Shown one piece after another: positions 55,056-64,000 of a DNA stretch of 64,000 bases; within the stretch, counting starts at the first letter, position 1; each line of letters starts with the position of its first letter. Source of the DNA: an uncultured Gemmatimonadaceae bacterium (lineage in GTDB: Bacteria > Gemmatimonadota > Gemmatimonadetes > Gemmatimonadales > Gemmatimonadaceae); NCBI GenBank assembly GCA_963829055.1, contig CAWHHI010000020.1, positions 512,001 to 576,000 on the forward strand, read 5' to 3'. The notes below the pieces were generated by a model that was given only the letters and a program-made list of their open reading frames with translations, did not search any database and was not told the DNA's origin. A program made the translations under genes and the position numbers.

Positions 55056-56221
55056 GTCACGCGCTTCGAGCACGACCCATCGAGCTCGTTGCGCGGACGC
55101 CAGACGAGTCGGTCGACTTCGAGTCGCTCGACTTCGAACTTTCCGACGCGCTGCTGGCGCACGAGCCGCCGGAAGCGCGTGGACTCTCGCGGGACCAAGT
55201 GCGCCTGCTCGTGACCGATCCGACCAATGATAGCGTTAGGCACGCCGTGGCCCGCGACCTGCCGACCTACCTCGACGCCGGCGATCTGCTCGTCGCCAAC
55301 TCCAGCGCGACGATCAATGCGGCACTCGATGCGTGGCGCCCAGCCACAGGTGGCGCATCTGACGAGTTGATCGCGCTGCATCTGTCGTCGCCGGTGCCGG
55401 GTGCGGCGACTGATGATCGCTGGGTCGTCGAGCTACGCCGGTTGACGCCCGACGGTACTCGGCCGCTGCTCGACGCGCGTGCTGGCGAGCGGATCGGACT
55501 CCGCGGCGGCGCATTCGCGACGCTGATCGCTCCGTTCAGGCGTGGTGCCGCGGGCGGCCCGCCTAACGACCAAACCCGCCTCTGGGAAGCCGAGCTCTCT
55601 TACCCGGGCGGTGCACTGGCGTACGCCTGGGAGTTCGGGTCGCCCATCCGCTACGGCTATGTGCACGACCGCTGGCCACTCGCCACGTACCAGACGGTAT
55701 TCGCCGATGAACCGGGAAGCGCCGAGATGCCTTCTGCCGGCCGACCGTTCACGCCGGAGCTGGTCGAACGGATCCGATCGCGCGGCGTGGCGATCGCATT
55801 GCTGACGCTTCACACAGGCGTGGCGAGCCTCGAGTCAGGCGAGTCGCCGTATCCCGAGCGCTACCGCGTTCCGCGCGAGACCGCGATCGCGGTGAATCGC
55901 GCCCGTGCCGCTGGCGGCCGCGTCGTCGCCATCGGGACGACGGTCGTGCGCGCGCTCGAGACGGTCGCGGACATCGACGGGACCGTGAGCGCCGGTGAGG
56001 GGTGGACGGATCTCGTGATCACGCCGGAGCGTGGCGTACGAGCGGTGGACGCCCTGCTCACCGGGTTCCACGAGCCGCGTGCATCACACCTCGCGATGCT
56101 GGAAGCCATCGCGGGGCGACGGCATCTCGCCGCCGCGTACGGCGCCGCGATCCGAGAGCGGTATCTCTGGCACGAGTTCGGCGATGTCCACCTGATCATG
56201 CGCCGATCGGGAGCGGGGTGA
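55052..56221 (+). CDS. QueA-like protein (divergent SAM:tRNA ribosyltransferase-isomerase paralog)
   Basis: YQTVFA, GSAEMPSAGRPF, LHTGV, AIGTTVVRALE, TGFHEP, YLWHEFGD. Confidence 0.85.
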   Translation: MSHALRARPIELVARTPDESVDFESLDFELSDALLAHEPPEARGLSRDQVRLLVTDPTNDSVRHAVARDLPTYLDAGDLLVANSSATINAALDAWRPATGGASDELIALHLSSPVPGAATDDRWVVELRRLTPDGTRPLLDARAGERIGLRGGAFATLIAPFRRGAAGGPPNDQTRLWEAELSYPGGALAYAWEFGSPIRYGYVHDRWPLATYQTVFADEPGSAEMPSAGRPFTPELVERIRSRGVAIALLTLHTGVASLESGESPYPERYRVPRETAIAVNRARAAGGRVVAIGTTVVRALETVADIDGTVSAGEGWTDLVITPERGVRAVDALLTGFHEPRASHLAMLEAIAGRRHLAAAYGAAIRERYLWHEFGDVHLIMRRSGAG

Positions 56222-56266
56222 TAGCTTGCGTCGGCCACGCTACGCGCCATTGCTCTCATCGCCTCC

Positions 56267-58003
56267 ATGCGCCGACTCCATTCGCTATCGCCTCTCATCG
56301 CCAGCGCGCTCATCGCGTGCACTCGTGCCGTGCCGGGCACGTCCACGCCGGTCGCCGCTGGCGAGCTGCCACGAACGCACGTCGCCAGGCCGACGACGGG
56401 CGCGATAGACCCGGCCGATCTCATGACGCGCTTGTACGTGCTCGCCGACGACTCGATGCTCGGGCGCGAAGCGGCGACGCTGGGCAACGTGAAGGCGACG
56501 GACTACATCGCGCGCGAGATGCAGCGCATTGGACTCGCGCCCGGCGGCGAGAACGGGACGTACTTCCAGACGGTGCCGGTGCTGATCGCGCGAATAGACA
56601 CGACGCGCACGATCTCCGTCGAGGGAACGCGACTCGCGCTCGGCAGCGACGTGCTGCCGTTCTCGGCCAACACGGCGGCGACCATGCTGCCACGTGGTGC
56701 GACGATCCGCTCGGTGGACGGCGCGCAGGTCGTCTACGGCGGGCTGCTCGGCAGCGGCACGCTCATCGCCCCCGAGCAAGCGGCGGGCAAGGTGGTCGTG
56801 TTCACGGTCGCGCCCGATTCGACCGGACGGCGCGACTACCGCTTCTACCTGAAAGGGCCGCTCACGCAGTACGGCGACGCCGCCGGCATCGCGGCTGTCG
56901 TGCTGGACGTCGTGCCGCCTAACGTGCTCAATCGCTTTCGCGGCGCGGCGATGCGCATCCATCGCGACGATCCGACAGGAACGGCGCCGACCATCATGCT
57001 GGTGACACCCGCGGCCGCGCAGCGGATGCTCGGTGTCGCGCAACTCGACCGAATTAGCGTCGGGACTGTCGGGAAGACGCTGAGTGGGACGGTCGCGATC
57101 ACAGAGGCGCCCACGCTGTATCCGGCTCGCAACGTGATCGGTGTCCTGGCCGGCTCCGACCCCGCGCTGCGCGGCCAGTACGTCGCCGTCGGTGCGCACA
57201 ACGATCACATCGGCCTAACGAATCGTCCGCTCGACCACGACTCGGTGGAGGCGACGAATCGCGTCATCCGCCGGCAGGGAGGTCAGGACCCGGTGCGCGC
57301 GGCGACGCCGGAAGAATCGGCTCGCATCACCCAGCTCCGCGACAGCCTGCGTCAGGCGCACGGCGGCGTGCGGATGGATTCCGTGAACAACGGCGCCGAC
57401 GATGACGGCTCGGGCACGGTCGCGATGCTCGAGATCGCGGAGCGGTTCGCCACGGCGCCGCATCCGAGGCGGTCGCTGATCTTCGTCTCGCACACGGGCG
57501 AGGAGAAGGGGCTCTGGGGGTCTGACTGGTTCACGGACCACTCGACCGTTCCACGCGACTCGATCGTCGCCCAGTTGAACATGGACATGGTGGGGCGCGG
57601 GAAGGCGACGGACGCGATGGGTCGCGGCCCGAACAACATCCAGATGATCGGCTCGCGCCGCCTGTCCACGCAGCTCGGCGATCTCATCGACTCGTTGAAC
57701 ACGGCGCGCACGCCGCACATGGACCCGGACTACTCGTTCGACACGCCGGGCCATCCGCTCAATCGGTACTGCCGCAGCGACCACTATATGTATGCGCGCT
57801 ACGGCATCCCGATCACCTACTTCTCGCTCGGCTACCACACGGGATATCACCAGGTCGTGGATGAGCCGCAGTACATCGACTACGACCACATGGCCCGGAT
57901 CGCCAGCTTCGTGCACGACATTGCCGAGGCGGTGGCGAACCGACCGCAGCGTCTGATCGTGGACAAGCCAAAGCCGGATCCAAAGGCGGGTTGTCGGCAA
58001 TGA
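56267..58003 (+). CDS. M28 family peptidase lipoprotein
   Basis: Lipobox LIAC; GAHNDH, NGADDDGSG, GEEKGLWGS, NMDMVG, RSDH, YH. Confidence 0.92.
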   Translation: MRRLHSLSPLIASALIACTRAVPGTSTPVAAGELPRTHVARPTTGAIDPADLMTRLYVLADDSMLGREAATLGNVKATDYIAREMQRIGLAPGGENGTYFQTVPVLIARIDTTRTISVEGTRLALGSDVLPFSANTAATMLPRGATIRSVDGAQVVYGGLLGSGTLIAPEQAAGKVVVFTVAPDSTGRRDYRFYLKGPLTQYGDAAGIAAVVLDVVPPNVLNRFRGAAMRIHRDDPTGTAPTIMLVTPAAAQRMLGVAQLDRISVGTVGKTLSGTVAITEAPTLYPARNVIGVLAGSDPALRGQYVAVGAHNDHIGLTNRPLDHDSVEATNRVIRRQGGQDPVRAATPEESARITQLRDSLRQAHGGVRMDSVNNGADDDGSGTVAMLEIAERFATAPHPRRSLIFVSHTGEEKGLWGSDWFTDHSTVPRDSIVAQLNMDMVGRGKATDAMGRGPNNIQMIGSRRLSTQLGDLIDSLNTARTPHMDPDYSFDTPGHPLNRYCRSDHYMYARYGIPITYFSLGYHTGYHQVVDEPQYIDYDHMARIASFVHDIAEAVANRPQRLIVDKPKPDPKAGCRQ

Positions 58004-58034
58004 GCGCTGGGAACGGGGAACGGCGGAGCTGAGC

Positions 58035-58144
58035 TGTCATCCCGAGCGTCAGCGAGGGATCTTCTCGAACGTGATCGTGGCTTGGCCAGCTACAATGACA
58101 TTCACACGAGGGTCCCTCGTCGCTGGCGCTCCTCGGGATCGACG
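58035..58144. repeat. REP-like element copy
   Basis: TGTCATCCCGAGCGTCAGCGAGGGATCTT...GGTCCCTCGTCGCTGGCGCTCCTCGGGATC. Confidence 0.8.
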
Positions 58145-58189
58145 ATAACGTGGCTGGCGCGGCCACGCGCCAGTTACCATTGTACCCCA

Positions 58190-61075
58190 ATGCTTTCGCC
58201 GTTCCGTCGCACAGTCGTCGCGCCTGCGCTGGTCGCTCTCGTCGCCAGCACCGCATTGCAGCAGTCCTCGCTCCCGCGCACGCCAAACGAAGTGGTACGC
58301 GCCGCCGAGCGAGCCGTGACCGCGCGCCGGGCCGCCGTCGTGCGACAGGAGTGGCTCGGACGACTCCGACGTGAGCCCGCCAATCGGCTCGCCAGGCTTG
58401 GCGTCGCGGCATTCGCGCGACTGGCGTACGACTATGCGGCCGCCGACTCGTTCGCCGCTCCACTGCTCGCTCGTAGTGGCGATCGGCCCGACGGCATCGC
58501 GGCGTGGGCGCGCATCGAAACCGCCCTGGCACTTGCGCAGCAATGGCGGCTCGGAGAAACCGATTCGCTACTCACGATCGCCGCGAGCGAAGGAGCCGCG
58601 GCCGGCGACGGGACAGCCGAGGGCGTCGCCCTCGCACGCCTCGCGCTGCTGCGTGGTCGCACGCAGGGCGTGGACGCCGGGCTCGCCCTGCTCGATCGCG
58701 CAGTCCGCGCTCTCCCACCGGCCGATTCCGTCGACCGCGCGCTCGCTCTCGCCTATCGCGCGCAGCTCGTGCTGGCGCGCGGGACGCCCGGTGCCGGGCC
58801 GCTCGCCGACTCCGCGCTCCGACTCGCGCGACGTACCGGCGCCGCACGCATCGAAGGATTGGCCTACAACATCCTCGGCCGCGAACAGCTCCGCGTAAGG
58901 CGCGCCGACTCCGCCGAGGTGCTGTTCAGTCGCGCAGTCGAGCGGTTGCGCGCCGCGGGCGATCTCGCCGGCTACGCAGGGTCGCTCCAGTGGCGCGGCT
59001 ATCTGCTTCGCTCGCGCGGCGAGCTCGGGGCGGCCGAGCGCGACCTCCGCGCGGGTCTCGCCGTCGGACGCATTGCGGGGCAAGTGGTGCTCGGGTGGAC
59101 GGAGATGAACCTCGGGCAGGTCGCGATGTCGCTCAACGACTGGGGCGAAGCGCGACGTCACCTCACGTCGTCGCAGGCGCTGCTCGATTCCGCGCGTGAT
59201 CGCTGGGGCGGGGCCACTGCGACGCAGCTCGAGGCGTCGGTTCGCTGGGCCGTGCGCGATTGGGCAGGCGCCGACTCCCTGCTCCGCGCCGCCGAGCAGC
59301 AGCTCGCGCAGTCGGGCAACACGTCGCAGATCCTGGACACGCGCGTGCAGCGACTCCGCTATGCGCTCGCGCGTCGCGACTGGCCGCATGCGGCGGAGAT
59401 GCTCGCGCTCGCGCGCGACTCGACGATCCGGGGACGCTCCGCCGAGTACGTCGACCTCGACTACTACGACGCACTGCTCGCGCTCGGCACCGGACGGCCT
59501 AACGATGCTCGCCGCGCGCTCGATCGATCGCAGCGCGAGAGTGCGCGCAGCGGAGAAGCCCCGACCTACCTGCAGCTCGCCCGCGCCGCGGAAGCCGAGG
59601 CGCTCCTCGGGCGTCTCGATACCGCAGAAGCGAAGTTAGGCGAGGCGATGAAGGTCTTCGAGCGGTACCGCGCGTCGCAGGCGACTCGGGAGCAACGACT
59701 CGCCGCTCTCGGCGTCGCCGGCGACGCCGATGATCCCAGCGTTGGCGTCGCCACGGTCGTCGCGTCGCTCGCGCGCGCGGGCCGCACGGCCGCAGCCTTC
59801 AACTTCGCCGAGCGAACGAAGGCGCGTGAGCTGCTCGATGGGATGACGCGTCGAGAGGCGCTGCGCGATCCGGGCAACGATCGCCCAGAGACGCGTGAGG
59901 CGGCGCTCGCGAACGTGTACGCGCGGCCCGTGACGCTCGCCGAATTGCAGTCCGCTCTGCCGGAATCGACGGCGGTCGTGCACTTCAACACTGGAACGTG
60001 GAACGAGCCGACGACCGCATTCGTGCTCACGCGCGAGGGCACGTCGGCATACGTGCTCCCGCCCGCGGATTCGCTCGTCGATCCTGTTCGCCGACTCGTC
60101 CTCGCCATGCAGGCGAAGAGCGACATTCGCATCCAGGCCCGAAATCTGGGCAATGCGATCGCCGCGCCGATTGCCGCCGCGATGCCAGCCGCCATCACGC
60201 GCCTCGTCATCGTTCCAGGGGCGCCGCTGAACACATTGCCGTTCGACGTGCTCACGCTGCCGGATGGCCGCATGATGATCCAGCGGTTCGAGCTGTCGTA
60301 CGCGCCGAGTGCGTCGGTGTACGCCGCGCTGCGGCGTCGCGCAATCGACGGCGCGGGCGACCACACGAATGCGACGACGGTTGGAGGGCCCGGGGTGCTC
60401 GCGTTCGGTGCGCCGGAGCGGTCGCGAAAGTCCGGCGTGGCGCGATGGGACACGCTTCCGCCACTGCCCGCGGCCGCAGCCGAAGCGCGCGACGTCGCCC
60501 GGTCCGCACCGCGATCACTCGTTAGGCTCGGCCGCGATGCGAGCGAGGCGGCGCTCAAGCAGGCGGCGCTCTCCGACGTCGCCGTGCTGCACTTCGCGTC
60601 GCATGCCGTGGTCGACCCGGCCGGACTGCGAGGGACGGCACTGCTGCTCGCGTCAGGCGGAGGCGAGGATGGCGTCGTGCGGCCCGAGGAGCTGAGCGCC
60701 CTCGCGCTCGACACGGATCTCGTCGTGCTCTCAGCGTGTTCGACGGCGTTGAGCGGCGGTCACGCGGGTGACGAGGGCCTTCGCGGGTTGGTCGCGCCGA
60801 TGATCGAGGCCGGCGCGCGGGGCGTGGCCGCGACGCTCTGGGCGGTGGACGACGAGGCCCAACGGCTGCTCGTCCGTCGCTTCTATCAGCGACTGTCGCG
60901 AGGAGAAACCTCTGCCGCGGCGCTGCGGGGGGCGAAGCTCGAGGCCATTCGCGACGGCGCGATCCCGCGTGACTGGGCGGCCATGGTGCTGTGGGGCGAT
61001 CCACTCACCCGGCCGCTCGGCGGAGCCCGCCAGCTGGGCGGTAACGTTCGCCCGAGCTCGAGCCGCCGACCCTGA
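58190..61075 (+). CDS. TPR + CHAT (caspase-like) domain protein with a signal-like N-terminus
   Basis: AERTKARELLD, LPFDVL, YAPSAS, LHFASHA (His), LSACST (Cys), TLWAVDD. Confidence 0.88.
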   Translation: MLSPFRRTVVAPALVALVASTALQQSSLPRTPNEVVRAAERAVTARRAAVVRQEWLGRLRREPANRLARLGVAAFARLAYDYAAADSFAAPLLARSGDRPDGIAAWARIETALALAQQWRLGETDSLLTIAASEGAAAGDGTAEGVALARLALLRGRTQGVDAGLALLDRAVRALPPADSVDRALALAYRAQLVLARGTPGAGPLADSALRLARRTGAARIEGLAYNILGREQLRVRRADSAEVLFSRAVERLRAAGDLAGYAGSLQWRGYLLRSRGELGAAERDLRAGLAVGRIAGQVVLGWTEMNLGQVAMSLNDWGEARRHLTSSQALLDSARDRWGGATATQLEASVRWAVRDWAGADSLLRAAEQQLAQSGNTSQILDTRVQRLRYALARRDWPHAAEMLALARDSTIRGRSAEYVDLDYYDALLALGTGRPNDARRALDRSQRESARSGEAPTYLQLARAAEAEALLGRLDTAEAKLGEAMKVFERYRASQATREQRLAALGVAGDADDPSVGVATVVASLARAGRTAAAFNFAERTKARELLDGMTRREALRDPGNDRPETREAALANVYARPVTLAELQSALPESTAVVHFNTGTWNEPTTAFVLTREGTSAYVLPPADSLVDPVRRLVLAMQAKSDIRIQARNLGNAIAAPIAAAMPAAITRLVIVPGAPLNTLPFDVLTLPDGRMMIQRFELSYAPSASVYAALRRRAIDGAGDHTNATTVGGPGVLAFGAPERSRKSGVARWDTLPPLPAAAAEARDVARSAPRSLVRLGRDASEAALKQAALSDVAVLHFASHAVVDPAGLRGTALLLASGGGEDGVVRPEELSALALDTDLVVLSACSTALSGGHAGDEGLRGLVAPMIEAGARGVAATLWAVDDEAQRLLVRRFYQRLSRGETSAAALRGAKLEAIRDGAIPRDWAAMVLWGDPLTRPLGGARQLGGNVRPSSSRRP

Positions 61076-61181
61076 GCGCCGCACCGACGCAACAGTCAGC
61101 ATCCTCTGCTGGCTTCCGCTGGCGACGGTCGCGGGTGTCGTTGCAATATCCGCGTGTGGCCTCCCTTCCTATCCGAATCCG

Positions 61182-61739
61182 ATGTCGAGCGTGATGCGGG
61201 CCGATCCCGTATCGCAGGCACTCGAGTCAGTGATGACCCGCTACTCGGGCGTGCTCCGAACGGTCGGGGCGCGCTACCGGCTACCCAGTGCCGACCTCGA
61301 CGAGCTGGCCCAGGAGGTCCGGGTGCGATTGTGGGGCGCGCTCAACTCAGATGAGAGGATCGACGCCGTAAGTCCGTCCTATCTCTACAGGGCGGCGACG
61401 ACGGCAGCGATCGACATCGTGCGGCGGCGGCGTTCGTCCCGGGGCGATTCGCTCGAATTGGTGGACGACGCCGAGTTGAGTCAGCGGCGAGCGCCGCGGA
61501 CGCCGGATCATGACGCGTCGATGAAGGAGCTGGGCGAGCAGGTGGAAGCGGCATTGCAGTCGATCGCGCCGTCGCGGCGCCCGGTGGTTCGGATGTATCT
61601 CGCCGGCTACGGCACGACCGAGATCGGCGAGTTGTTAGGGTGGACGGAGGCGAAGGCGAGGAATCTCGTCTATCGCGGGTTGGCTGATCTTCGCTCACGG
61701 CTTCGCGCCATGGGCATCGAAGGCGGGGGAGACACTTGA
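61182..61739 (+). CDS. ECF sigma factor
   Basis: DLDELAQEV, YLYRAA..AIDIVRRR, EIGELLG..ARNLVYRGL. Confidence 0.88.
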   Translation: MSSVMRADPVSQALESVMTRYSGVLRTVGARYRLPSADLDELAQEVRVRLWGALNSDERIDAVSPSYLYRAATTAAIDIVRRRRSSRGDSLELVDDAELSQRRAPRTPDHDASMKELGEQVEAALQSIAPSRRPVVRMYLAGYGTTEIGELLGWTEAKARNLVYRGLADLRSRLRAMGIEGGGDT

Positions 61740-62365
61740 TGCACTCGAACGACGAGCAGCTTCGCCTCGCCTACGGCGCCTCACTCGCGAGTGGGGGGGG
61801 CAGACGGTCGCACGCGACACCTGAAGCGCTACTGGCACTGGCCGAGCGCTCCGGGAGCGAAGCGTCGCGGCTCGAGGTGCTCGATCACGTGATGGCCTGC
61901 GACGCCTGTCGTCGCGAGCTCGATCTCGTGCGCGCCTCTATCGCCGCGGCCGGGGTACCGCGCCAGCGTACGTGGTTTCGGTCGCCGTCCATAGGGCTGA
62001 TGGCCCTCGCCGCGACGCTGCTGATCGTCGCCGGCGTGCGGATGTATGTCGTGTCGCAAGAGCCGGATGCGGGATCGCTCATGCGCGGTGGGTCCGGCGT
62101 GTCGACGTATCCGGTGCGGTGGCTGCCGTCCGTTGGTGCCGGGCTGGCGTGGCGCCCGACTGCGGGCGCAGCAAGCTATCGGCTCGAAGTCGTCGACGAA
62201 GCAGGCGTTGCCGTCGTCGATTCGACGATGCGCGACACCACGTTCCTCGTGCCGGTTTCCGCGTTGCGCGACCGCCGCGGACTTTTGTGGTCGGTGACCA
62301 CGACGCTTTCCGACGGATCGACGGTGACTTCCCTCCCCGTTCCTCTCGTCTCGCCGGCACGGTAG
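61739..62365 (+). CDS. Putative anti-sigma factor (HxxxCxxC zinc finger + TM + extracytoplasmic domain)
   Basis: H...DHVMACDACRREL; TM LMALAATLLIVAGV; TGATG coupling to the sigma gene. Confidence 0.8.
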   Translation: MHSNDEQLRLAYGASLASGGGRRSHATPEALLALAERSGSEASRLEVLDHVMACDACRRELDLVRASIAAAGVPRQRTWFRSPSIGLMALAATLLIVAGVRMYVVSQEPDAGSLMRGGSGVSTYPVRWLPSVGAGLAWRPTAGAASYRLEVVDEAGVAVVDSTMRDTTFLVPVSALRDRRGLLWSVTTTLSDGSTVTSLPVPLVSPAR

Positions 62366-62387
62366 AACTCGCAGCAGCACGAGCGTG

Positions 62388-62420
62388 AGGCGCCACGACG
62401 CATGTCGCGTCGTGGCGCCT
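62388..62420. terminator. GC-rich hairpin after the anti-sigma gene
   Basis: AGGCGCCACGACGC-ATGTC-GCGTCGTGGCGCCT; weak U-tract. Confidence 0.45.
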
Positions 62421-62477
62421 TCCACATCGCCTGAGTTTGCCGCTCGGCAGCAAACTTGCGCACGCTGCTCGCCGCAA

Positions 62478-64000
62478 TGACCACTCGGCCTCGCATCGCC
62501 ACCAACGCCATGCGCGCGTTCATCCTGCTCTTTGGCGCGGGGGCCCTCTGGCTCGCCCGCGATGGGATGAACGCCGACGGCATCGCGTACCTGGACGCCA
62601 GCGACGTCTATCTCGCGGGCGGATGGCCCGCGTCGGGCAGCGGGTACTGGAGCCCACTCTATCCGACGCTCCTCGCGATTGCACGATTCGTAGGAGGCAC
62701 AGCGCCCGATCGCGAGCTCGCAATCACGCAGGCCGTGAACTTCGCGGTCTTCATTCTCGCGTTTGCGGCCCTCGAGTTTCTGATCCGCAGCGTCCGAGCC
62801 GCGACGCTGGCGCGGCAGCCCGCGGGCGAGCCACCTAACGATTTCACCTGGCGCGTCCTCGTCTACGCGCTGTTCGTCATCGCGACCATCGGCTGGATCC
62901 GCGTGTGGATCCTGACGCCGGACATGTGTGTCGCCGCGATCGTCTTCGCGGTGGCCGGTGTGAGCGTCCGCATCGCGAGCGGACGCGCCGGCCGGGCAAG
63001 CTCCATCGGCCTCGGCGCGCTCCTCGCGCTGGGCTACCTGGCCAAGGCGGTGCTCTTTCCGTTCGGCATTTTCGTGGTCGCGACGCTCGCGATCATGCTT
63101 CGCCGGAAACGGCAGCTCGGCCGAGTCGCCATCGCGGCGCTCGTGTTCCTCGTCGGCTCGGCGCCGCAGATCGTATACGCGTCGCGTCTCAAGGGTGCGC
63201 CCACGTTCAGCGACGTTGGACGACTCACGTACCTCTGGTTCGTCGCCGATGTGCCCGGCCCGGTGTCGTCGGCCTTTCCCCTGCCCGCCCGACTGCCGTC
63301 ACCGTCAGCGACGCACCAGACCCTCGCGCGGCTGGACCGGACCAGCGGAGTTCATCCCGCCGTGTACGACATCGACGCCCCCATCCCCGGCACGCTACCG
63401 ATCTGGTACGACGCGGGCCACTGGTACCGCGGCGTAGTCGCGCCGTTGCTCCCCATCGCGGTGATCCGGAGCGCTCGTTAGGCACGCGCGGGTGTACCTG
63501 GAGATGTTCGGGCTGCTGGTCGCCGGCGCGCTGGCGGCGGCGTTCACCCGCCGCGTGACCTGGCGCGAGACAATCGCCATGAGGCCTCTCCTCATCCTCG
63601 TCATTCCCGCAGTCGCGGTCCTCGCCGCGTATGCGCTCATGTTGGTGCAGGACCGCTACGTCGCCCCATTCGCGCTGCTCCTGTTCGCCGGTCTCGTACC
63701 GCCGTGGGCAACGGATGACCTCTCGCGCCGCGTGCGGGTCGGCCTGGCGACGGGCGCGCTCGTCGCCGTCGCACTCGTCCTCCACCAGGCCCGCGTCGAT
63801 GCCACTTACTGGCGCGGTTCGGCACGCTCACGCGCGAACGTCGTCGCCGCACTCGAGGCCCGAGGCATCCGACCGGGTTCGCGCGTCGGCTTCATCGGCG
63901 AGGCGTACGACGCGCTCTGGGCGCGCCAGGCACGCCTGCGATTCGTGTCACTCGTCCCGCTCGCGGAGGCCGAGCGGTTCTGGGAGCTGGATGCGGCGGG
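62478..64000 (+). CDS. Polytopic membrane protein (GT-C/ArnT-like); frameshift near 63470; runs off the window
   Basis: DGIAYLD, YWSPLYP, TPD, LGYLAKA; frame continues VRHARVYLEMFG... after the indel. Confidence 0.6.

Noticed and set aside
55052..56221. Calling this canonical queA
   Set aside because: Signature motifs and gene context differ from canonical QueA.
63476..63483. Amber readthrough or recoding at the motif TAG (also 12089)
   Set aside because: The credible downstream protein is in a different frame, so an upstream indel explains the stop.

Overview
High-GC (~68-70% by eye) bacterial DNA. Gene content suggests Gemmatimonadota or a similar soil lineage; this is an inference from the Hanks kinases with TolB/TPR tails, TIGR02999-type ECF sigma, PadR plus duplicated orphan permease, Big_2 lipoprotein and CHAT protein. 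The window holds about 45 CDS, a tRNA-Cys(GCA), a fluoride riboswitch with terminator ahead of crcB-DUF190, the gnd-zwf-pgl cluster, two glutamine synthetase types and several intergenic palindromic repeat families. About 12 genes, including pgl, carry single-base frameshifts that look like long-read errors. Most notable: (1) a non-palindromic motif CGTTAGG(C)/(G)CCTAACG occurs about once per kb on both strands, mostly inside genes and at the cost of rare codons, resembling HIP1 or uptake sequences; (2) a TPR-CHAT protease, ECF sigma and zinc-finger anti-sigma triad; (3) an AirS-like Cys-GAF kinase and NarL regulator near an SDR plus QueA-like pair with a palindromic operator; (4) a kinase-coupled ECF sigma facing a di-heme peroxidase; (5) a shared AWTTAG-N8-CTAAWT site linking sdpRI to a distant secreted hydrolase; (6) an att-like scar beside the tRNA. 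No CRISPR array, integrase or transposase was seen. All counts and coordinates were read manually.
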